Below, piece by piece: positions 1 to 12,620 of a stretch of DNA of 64,000 nt. The DNA comes from Mobula hypostoma. Lineage: Eukaryota. The position numbers were made by a program, and so were the translations under genes. The notes beneath the pieces were generated by a model. That model saw nothing but the letters and a program-made list of their open reading frames with translations, was not told where the DNA came from and did not search any database. Positions within the stretch are counted from its first letter, which is position 1, and each line of letters begins with the position of its first letter. The stretch spans positions 111,602,001 through 111,666,000 of the forward strand of contig NC_086108.1 of NCBI RefSeq assembly GCF_963921235.1, written 5' to 3'.

Positions 1-1004
1 TTCTTGAGCAATCTGCGTTGCCAAATCTGGCTCATCATTTACACATCTTCATTAACCTACAGTGTCAGTAGTGCACCATTTACATGTTGCCAGTGCAACA
101 TTCACATTTACCGCACAGTGAAGGACAAGCACATATTAATTAGGGTGTCTCCAGGGGTTTGCTAAGAGGTAGCAGACAGGGCTCATTAACTCTGCATGTG
201 AAAACAGAGGAACAAGTTTCTCTCATAATGAACAGTATGATGGTTTGTTTTAGACTGCATACAAGGAGGTCAAGAACAACATTCAGGCACCTTGCCATGT
301 ATCTCTACCAAGGAATGTCCAATGGGAACTCAAAGTTTCATTTAACCTCAACAAGTGGAGGAGTCCAGGACCAGAGGGCACAGCCTGGAAATAGAAGGAT
401 GTCCCTTTAGAACAGAGAAGAGGAAGGATTTCTTTAGCTGTACTGTGGTGAATCTGTTGAATTTATTGCCACAGGCGGCAGTGGATGACACGTTATTGGA
501 TATATTAACATGGAGATTGATAGGTTGTTGATTAGTAAAGGTGTCAAAGGTTACAGAGAGAAGGCAGGAGAATGGGGTTGAGAGGGATAATAAATCAGCT
601 GCGATGGAATGGTGGAGAAGACTGAAACGGGCTGAAAGGCCTAATTCTGCTCCGACATCTTACAGTTATAAGACAGAGGAAGACCATTCATCCCATGCGG
701 TCACAGTGGCTATATGGAAAAAAAATCAATCCAGCTGGTCCCGTTTCCCCCCTCACCATGCTTGCTTGCCCCACCCTTCATTTCAGACACAATGAGAACA
801 TTTGCCATATGGATATATGCACACACTCTATTTACATAGAGGCTTCTGTTTTCACCATAACATGCTACCAGCCTGCAGATAATTTAGAACTCACTACAAA
901 TTACATTGATGGCCACTGGACAGATACAAACTAAGAGATGGTTGTAAAACTATGGCAAATTTCATTTAGAAAAATGAGCATATTCACTTAGACCAAAGAA
1001 ACAG

Positions 1005-1305
1005 GGCCACTTTAGCACGGCAGTTAGCATGACATTATTACAGCTCGGGGCATCACAATTTTGGGTTCAATTCTGGCTGGCTGTAAGGAATGTGTTCCTT
1101 CCCATGAAAATGTGGGTTTCCTCTGGGTGCTCTGGTTTCCCCCCACATTCCAAAGATGTGCCATTAGTGGCTGGTAAGTCGTGGGCGTGTTCTATTGGCA
1201 CTGGAAACATGTGGGTTGCCCCCAACCTAATCTCAGACTGTGTTGGTTGTTGATGCAAATTGACATGCTTCTGTATATTTCAATGTACAATGACAAATAA
1301 AGTTA
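1005..1305 (+). mobile_element. tRNA-derived V-SINE
   Basis: Box B-like GGGTTCAATTC and V-domain GGGTTTCCTCTGGGTGCTCTGGTTTCC..CCACATTCCAAAGA; other copies at ~3930-4197(-), 7850-8100(+), 25750-25858(-), 48100-48380(+), 50230-50470(-). Confidence 0.75.
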
Positions 1306-1789
1306 ACCTATATCTGTATAATTTTGGTTTCAAACTGGACTAGCTTTAAAATTACAGTTTTCCTGAAAGTTAAAGTACATATATGCCACCCAACACGTAC
1401 ATGTCCATTGGTCAGTAGGTTAATTAATCAGTAGGGTGTAATTGGGCAGCGCAGGCTTGCAGGGCTGAAGGGCTGGTTACCGTGCTGCATTTCTAAAATC
1501 AAAATAAAAACAATTTTTCACTGAGGGATTTCGTTCCCAAAATGCTGTAGACACCGAGTCCATTTGAAGCATTTGACTCAGCTCACTTGATCATGAGGCA
1601 AGGTTTCAAAAGCATATAAAAGAGTCGAGGTATGAATAAAACCATGCCGTGCTTAGTTTGTTAATAGCTGAAGAAGCTGATCACCCTTGGTTACCTGCGG
1701 TCTGATGCGGGGCGTCCCTAAGTAATAAGCAACAGTGCTTTCTGAGAATGCTATCTATTCATGCATCATTCCAATGGTTAGACACTCAC

Positions 1790-1937
1790 CCAATAGAGCA
1801 AAAAGGTCAACAAAACACTCCGTGCTGACAAAGACCTGGCACATTTTGTGGCACGGACTACTCCAATACTGACCTATTTTGTGTACAAGCATCCGCATTA
1901 ATGAATAGTTGGCATTCAATAGCATTGATTTCGCTGA
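1790..1937 (-). other. Candidate internal exon of the unidentified downstream gene
   Basis: tttggttttacag|...TTGG|gtgagt in unique sequence; one open frame (SAKSMLLNANYSLMRMLVHKIGQYWSSPCHKMCQVFVSTECFVDLFALL); no homolog recognised. Confidence 0.35.
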
Positions 1938-2422
1938 CTGTAAAACCAAAGGAAGAATGCTCACAGCAAACAAGCAAAGGAAATTGCACAAATTTTGAAC
2001 GAACACTTAAACCATTTTGCTGACAGAAAAACAAAAAAAAGATAGAGCTCAAATACCTCTAGACCATAGGAGAATGAAGGGAGATTTGACAGAGGTATAC
2101 AGAATTATGAGGGGTATAGAAAGGACAAAAGCAAGCAGGCCTTCTCTACTGAGGTTATAGCTTAAGGGGGAAAGGTGAACTATTTAAGGGGAACCTGAAG
2201 GGAAAACTTCATTCAGAGGGAGGCAAGGGTGTGGAACATACTGTCAGCTAAGGTAGTGAATGCAGCTTTGAATGCCATGCTTAAGAGAAGTTTGGATAAG
2301 TACATGGATGGGAGGGCTATGGTGCAGGTGTAGGTCGATGGGACCAGGCAGAATAACAATTCTGCATTGAGCAGATGGGCCTGTTGCTATACTGTAGTGC
2401 TCTATAATTTAATGACTAAATA

Positions 2423-3168
2423 CAGTGAGACTCATCAGAACCAGTACATTTTGGCCCAATGAAGCGGCTGCTCCAATTAGCCAGAGTTTCATGGAAATAA
2501 TTAAAATATATAAAAATAACAAACTGCCATCTGAGTATAAATGATGTATTTAAATGAAATATAAAACAAGTTATATTACCAAAACTACTACAGTACAATA
2601 AAACTTAACTTCATAATAGCAATCAGGAATTCATTCAGTGTACGCTGCCGTTTTCTTTTGATTCGACAGTAAATGAACAAAATCAGCACAGAACCTAGTG
2701 CAGATAATGGACTACCTTCATACAATGCTTTTGACGACTGCATTTTCCAAGTCTTCATAGTTCCTAACTTGAAGTAGTGAAATTACTTAAGTTTCGCTCC
2801 TGCCCGTTTCTCGCATCTCCAAACCTGAATGCTTGAAACCAGTGAGTAAAACAGTTCTGAATTATCTTACTGCTCATTTCACACCAACTATCAGTGACAA
2901 AAAAAATCACTGCTTTTTGAACACAATCACACGCAACTGATGCCATTTAAAAACTGTTCACTCAAAGAACATTGTAGTGTCTAACACCCATGCAAGTGCA
3001 CAAGACTTCTGCTGTTCACAAAATCTCCTACTCCAATTAAGGAGCATAGTACCCCAAATAAACAAAGGGAGTCTCAGCTGTTTTCTTGATTAAATTGTTC
3101 TCTTTAAAGTTGTCCCAAATAAGTGGCTGCTCTGATTAACCGATGACCCAATTAACCAGAATCCACTG
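2423..3168 (-). mobile_element. Pogo/Tigger-like non-autonomous element
   Basis: TA|CAGTG...CACTG|TA ends; remnant VQKAVIFFVTDSWCEMSSKIIQNCF resembles the Tigger transposase C-terminal region. Confidence 0.55.
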
Positions 3169-6100
3169 TATTTGAAAAAAATAAATACTCTGCTCAAGAT
3201 ATCATGAAAAGGTCAGAAAGGTTTGTCAGATAGCTTGCCTTCCACACACAATAATGTTTTTATAGAAATAATTTCTCAGCAAATTACTAATTCCTGAGCA
3301 ACAAAGCAGAATTGTGGAGAGGCTAGGTGTAATAATGAGCAGCTTCTGAATTTCCCCTCTCAATTGCACCAAATCGCTGCTTTCATCAAGACCACTACCA
3401 AATGTGGCAATACCAGAGAAACCAGTGACCACAATTAAAAGCAGAAATGACATTTGTACTTTCAAATGCAACTGTGTCACTGAAGTTTTGAGCCCGTGTT
3501 AATATCTGTGTGTTGCAGTAATACGAACAATGGGAAAATCAGCAGTTTGATTCACTCCACAGCACTGACTGCCCCACACCACTGACCCTCCCATCAACTT
3601 CCAGGCCTATTGTACAGCTGATCTGGCAATAAATAACAAAGATTCTAGAATTTGATAATGAAAAACTACTCCTCCCCCCACTCTCTATAACTATACACTG
3701 AAAGTTTTGGCATTACTGCATCGTTTTATTCTAACTTCTAAAAAACCAATGTAGTTGCAATCACAGATGATCAAAAGATGTCAGAGGTATGTTTTTTTTA
3801 AAAAACAGCGGTGGGTGCATGGAAAACCTTGCCAGAGATGGTATGGTGATAGAGTTAGATACATTAGGGACATTTAACAGACACTTAGGTACATGGATGA
3901 TAGAAAAATTTAGGGTTACATATATATTTTTGTTATTTCAAGATACAGCAAGGAACAGGCTCTTCGAACCAGGCCACCCAGTAACCCACCGATTTAACCC
4001 AGCCTAATCAAAGGACAACTTATAATGACCAATTAACCTACCAAATGTGGGAGGAACCACAGCATCTGGGGTAAACTCATATGCACAGGAAAAGGTATGT
4101 AGAAACTTGCTTACAGAGGGTGCCGGAATTGAACTCTGAACTCCGGAACCCCGAGCTGTAACAGCATTGCGCTAACCACTATGCTACTGTGGCACCCAAG
4201 GTAGCGGATTATGTGCGAGGGAAAGGTTAGACTGACCTTGGAGAAGACTGAAAGGTCAGCACATCGTGGGTCAAAGGGTCTGTATTGTTCTATGTTCCAT
4301 GTAGATGTTAAGAATTATAGAACAATATACCCATGCAAACTCAGGCACAGCAGGTACATTGAGCAGTCAAACACTGGTGTCGCAGATCTTCTGCACACAC
4401 AAACCTGATCACCTTGTAGACTCCCTTCAGTATCTTTGTGGACCGCACAGACAGACAAAAACCAATACCCTCAAAACAAATAGATAAAGGCTGATATCCC
4501 TGTCAAGGACAACCAGAAACATTTTTTCTTTGAAAGTTACCATCATTCTGATTATTGTCTGGTCTTTACATGTTAGTAACCAGCTGGGCTTTTCGCAAGC
4601 CATCACAACCACAAAATTAAAACATTTATTTTGAGCCTCTTGTGAATAGCCAGACAGCATGGTTTTCAGCTGTTATGCTAGCCTATTGACTTTGTGAACA
4701 AAGTCCCTCCCAGTTCTCTGGAAGACGTGAACACTCTTCACAATTAAACCTAGCATTATTATTCAGAGATTATTGCGCAGAATTCAGGCAATCACTCCTT
4801 GCTCAAGCCACCAGATGGCAAAATCCAGACAACTGACTGAATCTGAACACAACCTCTTCAGAAGGTGGGGGTGGGGGTGATGGTGAGTGGTGACACAGGG
4901 AATAACACAAAGCATTAATCCATCTTCCTGACAATAATGCAGAATTTAAGTCTACATCCATCACAAGTAAAAAGGATTAACTTGGGCATCTAATTTACAA
5001 CTTACACTTATGTGGCAAAATAACTTTTCATCAGACAAAAGTTTGATCATATTAGAAAATTAGGAAAGAAAATTTAAAGATTGATTTTGGTGAAATAAAA
5101 TCAAAGTGCTAGGAACAGGAGGTAGCAAGCTTAAAGGATTGTCAGAAAAGAACTTAATAGGGTTAATGACAGGATTCCACAGAGTCCTGATCAAAGCAAC
5201 CGAAAGGACAGCCACAGATACCAGAGTGATTAAATTCAGAGGTGTTCTAGAGGCCACAATTGCTGAGATCTCAGTGGGTTGCAAGGCTGGAGGCAGTTAC
5301 AATGACTGGAGGGTGGGGCCATAGAGAAAATGGAACACAAGTCTTTTTTCAAACTTTGTCACACCCAGGGATGGTCAACTCTGCAAATATCAATTACAAC
5401 TTGGTTTGAAGTTTTGAATGAAATTTTAGTTTTGAAATTCTTAGCACTGTTTAAAGCAGTTTGTGCAGTTAAAACGGAACTGAAGTAAATTGCACACTAT
5501 GATTTTTGAAAATTGAACAAGCTAATTTCTAATCACAAAGCTACTTTGATTATAAATAATTAAATCTAATTGCATCACCGTCTGTGATAGCAACATCTCA
5601 ATCTATTGTAACGATTCTCCATTACCCAGTGGGTTCCTTGACTGTGCCAACACCCAGTCTAGTATTTATGACCCCAATTCCACCCTACTCTTTTACAATC
5701 TTAACAATTTTAACCATCTTTTACAATGTACGAAGTATGAGCCAGTTTTTATTGCCCATATCCAATTGTTTTTCCAGGAGACCAGATAGCGTTGGTGACT
5801 CACCTTCTTGAACTGCTCTACTTTTATTTATTAGCACATCATATTCTTTCCTCTTCAAGTGTTCATCTGGGTTCTCCTTAAACTCAGTCTATTATTTTTA
5901 AAGCATGTACCACACTCTCATTTCCACTGTTCTCTGGATAAGGTTTATCCTGATTTCCACAAGACATAGGAGCAGAATTGAGCCCTTTCGCCATGGCTGA
6001 TTCATTTCTCTCTTGGCCGGTCTCCTGCCTTCTCCCGGTATCTCTTCATGTACTGGCAAATCAAGAGCCTATCAACCTTTGCCTTAAATTCACCCAATGA

Positions 6101-6472
6101 CTTGGCCTCCACAGCCACCTGTGGCAACAAATTCCACAGATTCACCACCCTCTGGCTAAAGAAATTCCACTTCATCCCTTTTCTAAATGACGTTCCTCTT
6201 TTCTGAAGCTGTGCCCCATTACAGGAGGCATCCTCTCCATATCCACACTGTCAGGCATTTCAATATTCAATAGGTTTCATTCAGATAAACATTCGGCACG
6301 TTTCACATGCCTTTCAAGGCATCTCAAAACATTTTTCAATCAAGGAAGTATTTTTTGAAATACGAGGCAATAGTCAAGAGATTCGGCAGATGCTGGAAAT
6401 CTTGACCAACACACACACATAAACAATGCTGGAGGAAGAGCAGGTCAGGCAGCATTTATGGAGGGAAATAAG

Positions 6473-6510
6473 CAGTCGACGTTTCGGGCCGACACCCTTC
6501 ATCAGGACTG
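6473..6510 (-). ncRNA. Minimal type I hammerhead ribozyme motif (PLE-derived), intact core
   Basis: Minus strand CAGUC-CUGAUGA-AGGGUGUCGGCCC-GAAAC-GUC-GACUG: stem I, CUGANGA, stem II, GAAA, palindromic ACGU stem III, GUC cleavage triplet. Confidence 0.75.
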
Positions 6511-7111
6511 GAAAGGAAGGGTTAGAAGCCAAAATAAGGTGTGGGGGAGGGGAGAGGGGAAGGAGAATAAACTGGCAAATGTTAGGTGAGATCAGGTGAG
6601 GCGGAAGGTGCAAGAACATCCCCGGCTCCCCACCCCACAAATAGGGGGACACAAAGATAAGATTCTTTTCGCGGAGGGTATCTGATCTGGAATGCGTTAA
6701 TGGGAGGCAGTAGATTCAACCGTGGCTTTACAAAAAGAGAATTAAAAAGAGTTCGAGTCGAGTTTGTTGTCATGCGCGCTTGTATGCACAGGTGCAATGA
6801 AAAACTATAACTTGCAGCAGCATCACCACCACAGGCACACAGCATTGGAGACACAACATTCACACTACATGACTTATACAAGAATGCATAATTAAAATTA
6901 CGGTGAGCTCCTGCTGTACAAATGGTTATAGTTTACAAGAGTAAAGGGAGAGAGTGGGACAACGAGCAAAAAGCTCGCTGATACCGGAGAGCCAGGATCC
7001 AGCAAGGGGTGCACCAGCTCACCCTGCCTTGCCCTCCTATCCCGCCCCATACGGCCCTGTCCCCGGCGGCCACCACCTGTTGCACCGGGATCCCAGAACC
7101 CAGCGTCTTAC

Positions 7112-7260
7112 CTCTGGTCCGGAAGGCGGCCGCTCTCAGTCTGCGGGAGCGGCGCGTCCAAATCCTCCGCTCGGGGACGCGGCCGGCAGCTGAACTGCTG
7201 CGCCTGCGCGTCAGCCGGAATCCATAGCAACCGGCCCCCCTCCTCAATGCCTCATCACGA
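7112..7260 (-). other. Probable non-coding first exon (5' boundary uncertain)
   Basis: Consensus donor CAGAG|GTAAGA at 7112/7111 inside the CpG island, downstream of the GC and CCAAT boxes in minus orientation. Confidence 0.6.
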
Positions 7261-7480
7261 AGAGGCCGCTATTGTCATCAGGAATCCCCGCCTCCCAGCA
7301 GCCAGCAACCCCGGCGCCCTCTTTCTCCCTCACGCGATGTAGGCAGAGACGCCGCTAAAGCCGGATCGGCAGACAACTGCAGTAAACCCAGCACTCATTG
7401 GCTGCCCAGGCCATACGCGCCGCAGATATGACTGCCGTGACGCCTTGCTCCCCGCCCCCTCCTCCAACGGACAAAACTCA

Positions 7481-7760
7481 GCCCCGCCCCTTTCTTCAGG
7501 CGACCACGCCCCCAGATCTAAGCCCCGCCCCTTTCTTCAGGCGACCACGCCCCCAGATCTAAGCCCCGCCCCATGTTCAGATAACTGCTGCTCCGCATGT
7601 AAGCCCCGCCTCTTTCTGCTGATTCTGCCCCCCAGAAATAAGCTCCACCCCTTTCTTCCAGACAAGTACGCCCCCAGATTTCAGCCCCACCCCATTCAAT
7701 AACTGCCCCCCCCAGATCTCAGTCACACCCCATTCGGTCAGATAACCCCCCTCCAGATCC
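7481..7760. repeat. 41-bp GC-box tandem repeat
   Basis: GCCCCGCCCCTTTCTTCAGGCGACCACGCCCCCAGATCTAA exact at 7481 and 7522, followed by about five decaying units. Confidence 0.85.
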
Positions 7761-8868
7761 CACTCCTGCCAACAATGAACACTGAAACAGAACAGAACCT
7801 TTCCTCTCAGCAGCACCTTCCTTTGCCCACCCCTGCTCCCTCTCAGTGGCAGTGGTTAGCATTTCCACCGCTGTCTGTAGGGAGTTTCTACGTTCTGCCT
7901 GTGACCGCGTTTCCTCCTGGTGCTCTGGTATCCTCCCACCTTCCGAGGCGTATGTACAGGTCGGGGTTAGTAAGCTGTGGGCGTGCCGGAAGCATGGCGA
8001 CACTTGCGGGCTGCCCCCAGCACATCTTCAGACTGTGTTTGTCGTGGACGTAAACGACGCATTTCGCTCCATGTTTTGAAGTGACAAATAAAACTAATAT
8101 TTAATCCAGAGGAAGTTCACAAGGATGATTCTGGGAATTAAAGAGTTAATGTATGAGGAGCATTTGATGGCTCTGGGCCTGTACTTGATGCAGTTTAGAG
8201 GAATGAGGGGGAATCTCACTGAAACCTGTCAAATATTGAAAGGCCTCGAAAGAGTGGATATGGAGAGGATGTTTCCTGTAGTGGTTGAGTCTAGGACCAG
8301 AGGACACAGCCTTAGAATAGAGGGATATCCCTTGTATTCAAGAGATGAGGAGGAATTTCTTTATCCAGAGCATGGTGAAACTGGAATTCATTACCACATG
8401 TGGCTGTGGAGGGCAAGTCATTGGGTATAGTTGAAGTGGAGGTTGATAGGTTCTTGATTAATCAGGGTGTCAAAGATTACAGGAAAGCAAGAAAATGGAG
8501 TTGAGAGAGATAATAAATCAACTATGATGGAATGGCGGATCAGTGATATAGCCTAACTCCGATCCTGTGTCTTATAGTTTTATTATCTTAGTCTTTAATC
8601 TTTAATCTTCCCTTCTCTCCTCCTACTTTACCATTCATTAAGAACCTTTCACCTCAGTCCCACCTTCCTTTAATCACCTTGTCGCCCTCAATGTCAACAA
8701 ATCCCCATCTTGATCAGTGACTGTCTTAGAAAACTCTCTTGGGAAGAGAGTTCTAATGACTTTAATGTGGGTAAGACAATTACAAAAGGACTTACAGTTG
8801 AAGGATCGTTGTGGTTAATGTCAGCAGTAACATCAGCAGCTCTAAAAACTGCTGGGTCTCTAAATACG

Positions 8869-10173
8869 CAAACACGAGGAAATCTGCAGATGCTGGAAAT
8901 TCAAGCAACACACATCAAAGTTGCTGGTGAACGCAGCAGGCCAGGCAGCATCTATAGGAAGAGGTACAGTCGACGTTTCGGGCTGAGACCCTTCGTCAGG
9001 ACTAACTGAAAGAACAGCTAGTAAGAGATTTGAAAGTGGGAGGGGAGGGGGAGGGGGAGATCCAAATGATAGGAGAAGACAGGAGGGGGAGGGATGGAGC
9101 CAAGAGCTGGACAGTTGATTGGCAAAAGGGATATGAGAGAATAGTGGGACAGGAGGCCTAGGGAGAAAGAAAATGGGGAGGGGGGGGGAAACCCAGAGTG
9201 TGAGATGGTTGTTGCAGCAACACCAAACCAGCCAGTCTCTGTTCTGTACGCCTCCTATAGGCCATCTGAGATTCTGCCAACACGAGGAAATCTGCAGATG
9301 CTGGAATTTCAAGCAACACACATCAAAGTTGCTGGTGAACGTTGCTTGGTCTAGGAAGAGGTACAGTCGACGTTTCGGACCGAGACCCTTCGTCGGGACT
9401 AACTGAGAGAAGAGCTAGTAAGAGATTTGAAAGTTGGAGGGGGAGGGGGAGATCCAAATGATAGGAGAAGACAGGAGGGGGAGGGATGGAGCCAAGAGCT
9501 GGACAGGTGATTGGCAAAAGGGATATGAGAGGATCATGGGACAAGAGGCCTAGGGAGATCGTTTCGCTGAACACCTATGTTCTGTCCGCCAGAGAAAGCA
9601 GGATCTCCCAGTGGCCACACATTTTAATTCCACATCCCATTCCCATTGTGATATGTCTATCCACGGCCTCCTCTACTGTAAAGATGAAGCCACACTCAGG
9701 TAGGAGAAACAACACCTTATATTCCGTCTGGGTAGCCTCCAACCTGATGGCATGAACATTGACTTCTCAAACTTCCGCTAATGCCCCACCTCCCCCTCGT
9801 ACCCCATCCGTTATTTATTATATACACTCATTCTTTTTCTCTCTCTCTCCTTTTTCTCCCTCTGTCCCTCTGACTATACCCCTTGCCCATCCTCTGGGTT
9901 CCCCCCCTCCCCATTTTCTTTCTCCCTAGGCCTCCTGTCCCACTATTCTCTCATATCCCTTTTGTCAATCACCTGTCCAGCTGTTAGCTCCATCCCTCCC
10001 CCTCCTGTCTTCTCCTATCATTTTGGATCTCCCCCCCCCAACTTTCAAATCTTTTACTAGCTCTTCTTTCAGTTAGTCCCGACGAAGGGTCTCGGCCTGA
10101 AATGTCGACTGTACCTCTTCCTAGAGATGCTGCCTAGCCTGCTGCGTTCACCAGCAACTTTGATGTGTGTTGC
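8869..10173. mobile_element. Penelope-like element (PLE) cluster with inverted pseudo-LTR copies
   Basis: Minus copies 8869-9196 and 9278-9557; plus copy ~9552-10173 encoding the GIY-YIG tail (GDRFAEH..DLPVATHF..HLIFRLGSLQPDGMNIDFSNFR*) and a hammerhead-bearing end. Confidence 0.88.
8967..9004 (-). ncRNA. Minimal hammerhead ribozyme motif, intact core
   Basis: Minus strand UAGUC-CUGACGA-AGGGUCUCAGCCC-GAAAC-GUC-GACUG. Confidence 0.72.
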
Positions 10174-10919
10174 CTCTATGGGTCTGACAGGTTCCTCGTG
10201 GTGATAAGTCTGCATGGGGACTGTATCCAGCGCTAATGTCACACCTCACAGGTGAGTGACGTTTACAAGCTTGTGAAGTCTGAATAACATGTCACCCTCT
10301 GTGGTCGTACATTTTCACAACACACTCACCAATCTAATCAGCAACACAGGGTAATGGACGGCACACGCGAGTATTAGTTCAAGTTCAAGTCTATTGTCAT
10401 TCACCCATACATGTGAATACAGCTCAACAAAACAGCAATCCTCCGGGGCCAAGGTGAAAAACACAAAACACAGTACACCACACATAGTATATATAGTTAC
10501 AATCGCAGGAAAATATACAGTCACAAAAAACATTTAAAAATCTGCCTGACATTTGATGACAGTCGGATAAACTGCAACCCACGTAACCCCTGACATCAGC
10601 ATTAGATCACATCAGACTCTGAACTATTCATTCAGGTGACTTGTTCTACTGAATACTAATCAGAATGACAACAAAAATAAATCACATCCTTTACTGAGCA
10701 TTCATTTTGGGCACATTATTCAGTGCAGCAAAATAAAGATCTTTTATCCTCCTAGTGAACTACTGAATATACTTTTCCTGCAGAGATTTCTGGAGCAGAG
10801 TGAAAATAGAAACAGAACATAAAAAACGGAAGAGGCTCTTTGGCCCATCATGGCTGACCAAGACACAAATCTACTTAATTAATTCCTTCTGTCAGCACAT
10901 GGCTCTTATTCTTCTATTC

Positions 10920-10999
10920 CAGGGGTTCCCAACCTTTTGTATGCCATGAACCTCAACCATTAACTGAGGAGTCCGTGAACACCAGGTTGGGAACCCCTG
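10920..10999. mobile_element. 80-bp hAT MITE
   Basis: TIR CAGGGGTTCCCAACC...GGTTGGGAACCCCTG; TSD TTCTATTC / GTCTATTC; related copies at ~45770-45850, 62520-62598, 62750-62812. Confidence 0.85.
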
Positions 11000-11252
11000 G
11001 TCTATTCCTGCAACTTATACCTTGCTATTTTATCTGCTTCTATCACCTCTCCAGTCAAGTTTTCCAGGCAGCCACCATGGTCTTTGTAAAATATTTGCCT
11101 AGTAAGTATCATTTTAATTTTCCCACTCTCACCTTAAACCATGGCCAACGTTTCCAAGTTGAAAAGCATTGAATAGTTACATAGAATTTCAGAGTGAACA
11201 CAGAAACTGGCCAGTTCCCTGTCTGCTGTATACCAGTGTACGTACACACGTA

Positions 11253-11280
11253 CACACACACACACACACACACATACACA
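11253..11280. repeat. (CA)n microsatellite
   Basis: Directly visible. Confidence 0.9.
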
Positions 11281-11839
11281 TGCTGCATATTAGTATCTGT
11301 AGACTCATTCCAAAAACAACCTGCCGCACCATCGAGAACACCTTTAAGGGGCAATGCCTCAAGGAGAAGGCATCCATCATTGAGGGCTTCACTATCCAGG
11401 TCATGCCCTCTTCTCATTACTACCATCGGGGAGGAGAAACAGGAGCCCGAGCAACCACACTCAATGATTCAGGGACACTTTCTTCCCCTCCACCCGGATT
11501 TCTTACTTAGTGCATGTTATGCCACTAGTGTTTAGGGCAGCAATGAAGGTCTATCCTTGGCCAAAGAGATGTAGAAGGATTCTTCATTGCTATTTCTGGA
11601 ACAGTTTTGTTTTATCAGGCAGGGTTGTTAGCCCAGAGTTGAACCTCCAAACCTGGAGGACCGGTGGACCACTCTTGTTCTGGCCTCTACTCTTTGACCT
11701 GTTTGGCATGGGTGACCCTACCAAGAAACAAAGCACAATTCTGATCATTACAATCTGTCACACGGTGTCCTTACAATGTGATGAATTCTCTGTAGTGATG
11801 GTGACTCACAATTTTCTGAGAGAGCTTCACCCTATTTCT

Positions 11840-12620
11840 GTTGTAATGCATTTTTGTAAAAGGAACAATAGTGTGGGTTATTATTTAAGTGGAGAGAAGG
11901 TTCAAACATCAGAGATGCTGAGGGACTTGGAGTCCTCGTGCAAAACTCCAGAAGGTTAATTTACAGGATGAGTCTGTGGTAAAGAAGGCAAAAGCAATGT
12001 TGGCATTTATTTCGAAGGGAATAGAATATAAAAACAAGGATATAATGCTGAGCCTTTATAAGACACTAGTCAGACTGCACTTGGAGTATCGTCAACAATT
12101 TTGGGCCCCATATCTCAGAAAGGATGTGTTGTCATTGGAGAGAATCTAGAGGAGGTTCACGAGAATGTTTTGGGAGTGAAGGGGTTAACATATGAGGAGT
12201 GTTTGGCAGCTTTGAGCCTGTACTCACTGGAAGAATGCACGGGGGCTACCAAATGTTGAAAGGACTAGGCAGGGTGGATGTGGAGAGGATGTTTCCTATT
12301 GTGGGGGTATCCAGAACTAGAGGGCACAGCCTCAGAATTGAGCAGTGACCTTTTAGAACAGAGGTAGGGAGGAATTTTTCCAGCCAGGGAGTAGTGAATC
12401 TGTGGAATACTCTGCCACAGACTGCAGTGGAGGCCAAGCCAATGGGTATATTTAAAGTGGAAGTTGATAGTTTCCTGATCACTCAGGGCATCAAAGGATA
12501 TGTGAGGAGGCAGGTGTATGGGGTCCTGGATCAGCCATGATGGAATGGCGGAACAGACTTGATCAGCTGAGTGGCCTAATTCTGCTCCTATGTCTTATGG
12601 TCTCATGGTCTTATGGTCTC
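11840..12620 (+). mobile_element. CR1 LINE 3' fragment
   Basis: CR1 RT C-terminal sequence and TTATGGTC-type tail; similar 3' fragments at ~250-670, 8110-8580, 21470-22040, 31780-32445. Confidence 0.85.

Larger units (their letters stand above)
7000..7760 (-). promoter_or_regulatory. CpG island promoter of an unidentified minus-strand gene
   Basis: Sharp rise in GC and CpG; many CCCCGCCC boxes (7481, 7522, 7563, 7603), CCAAT on minus strand (attgg ~7396-7400), NRF1-like TGCGCCTGCGC (7199-7209), X-box-like CCATAGCAAC (7222-7231). Confidence 0.8.

Noticed and set aside
1005..1085. tRNA gene
   Set aside because: Degenerate tRNA-like head continuous with a SINE body; no cloverleaf
1696..1741. 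Small exon-like piece with donor CAG|GTAACC (minus)
   Set aside because: Would need a ~48-bp intron after the 1790 donor, which is implausibly short
3226..3480. Hydrophobic minus ORF resembling a signal peptide
   Set aside because: No recognisable homology and no convincing donor
4427..4660. Minus ORF with MMVTFKEK, faintly like mucolipin VVAFKEEN
   Set aside because: Match is too short, flanking residues do not align, and no fitting splice sites were found
6933..7247. Overlapping Arg/Pro-rich ORFs
   Set aside because: Expected by-product of GC-rich CpG-island sequence
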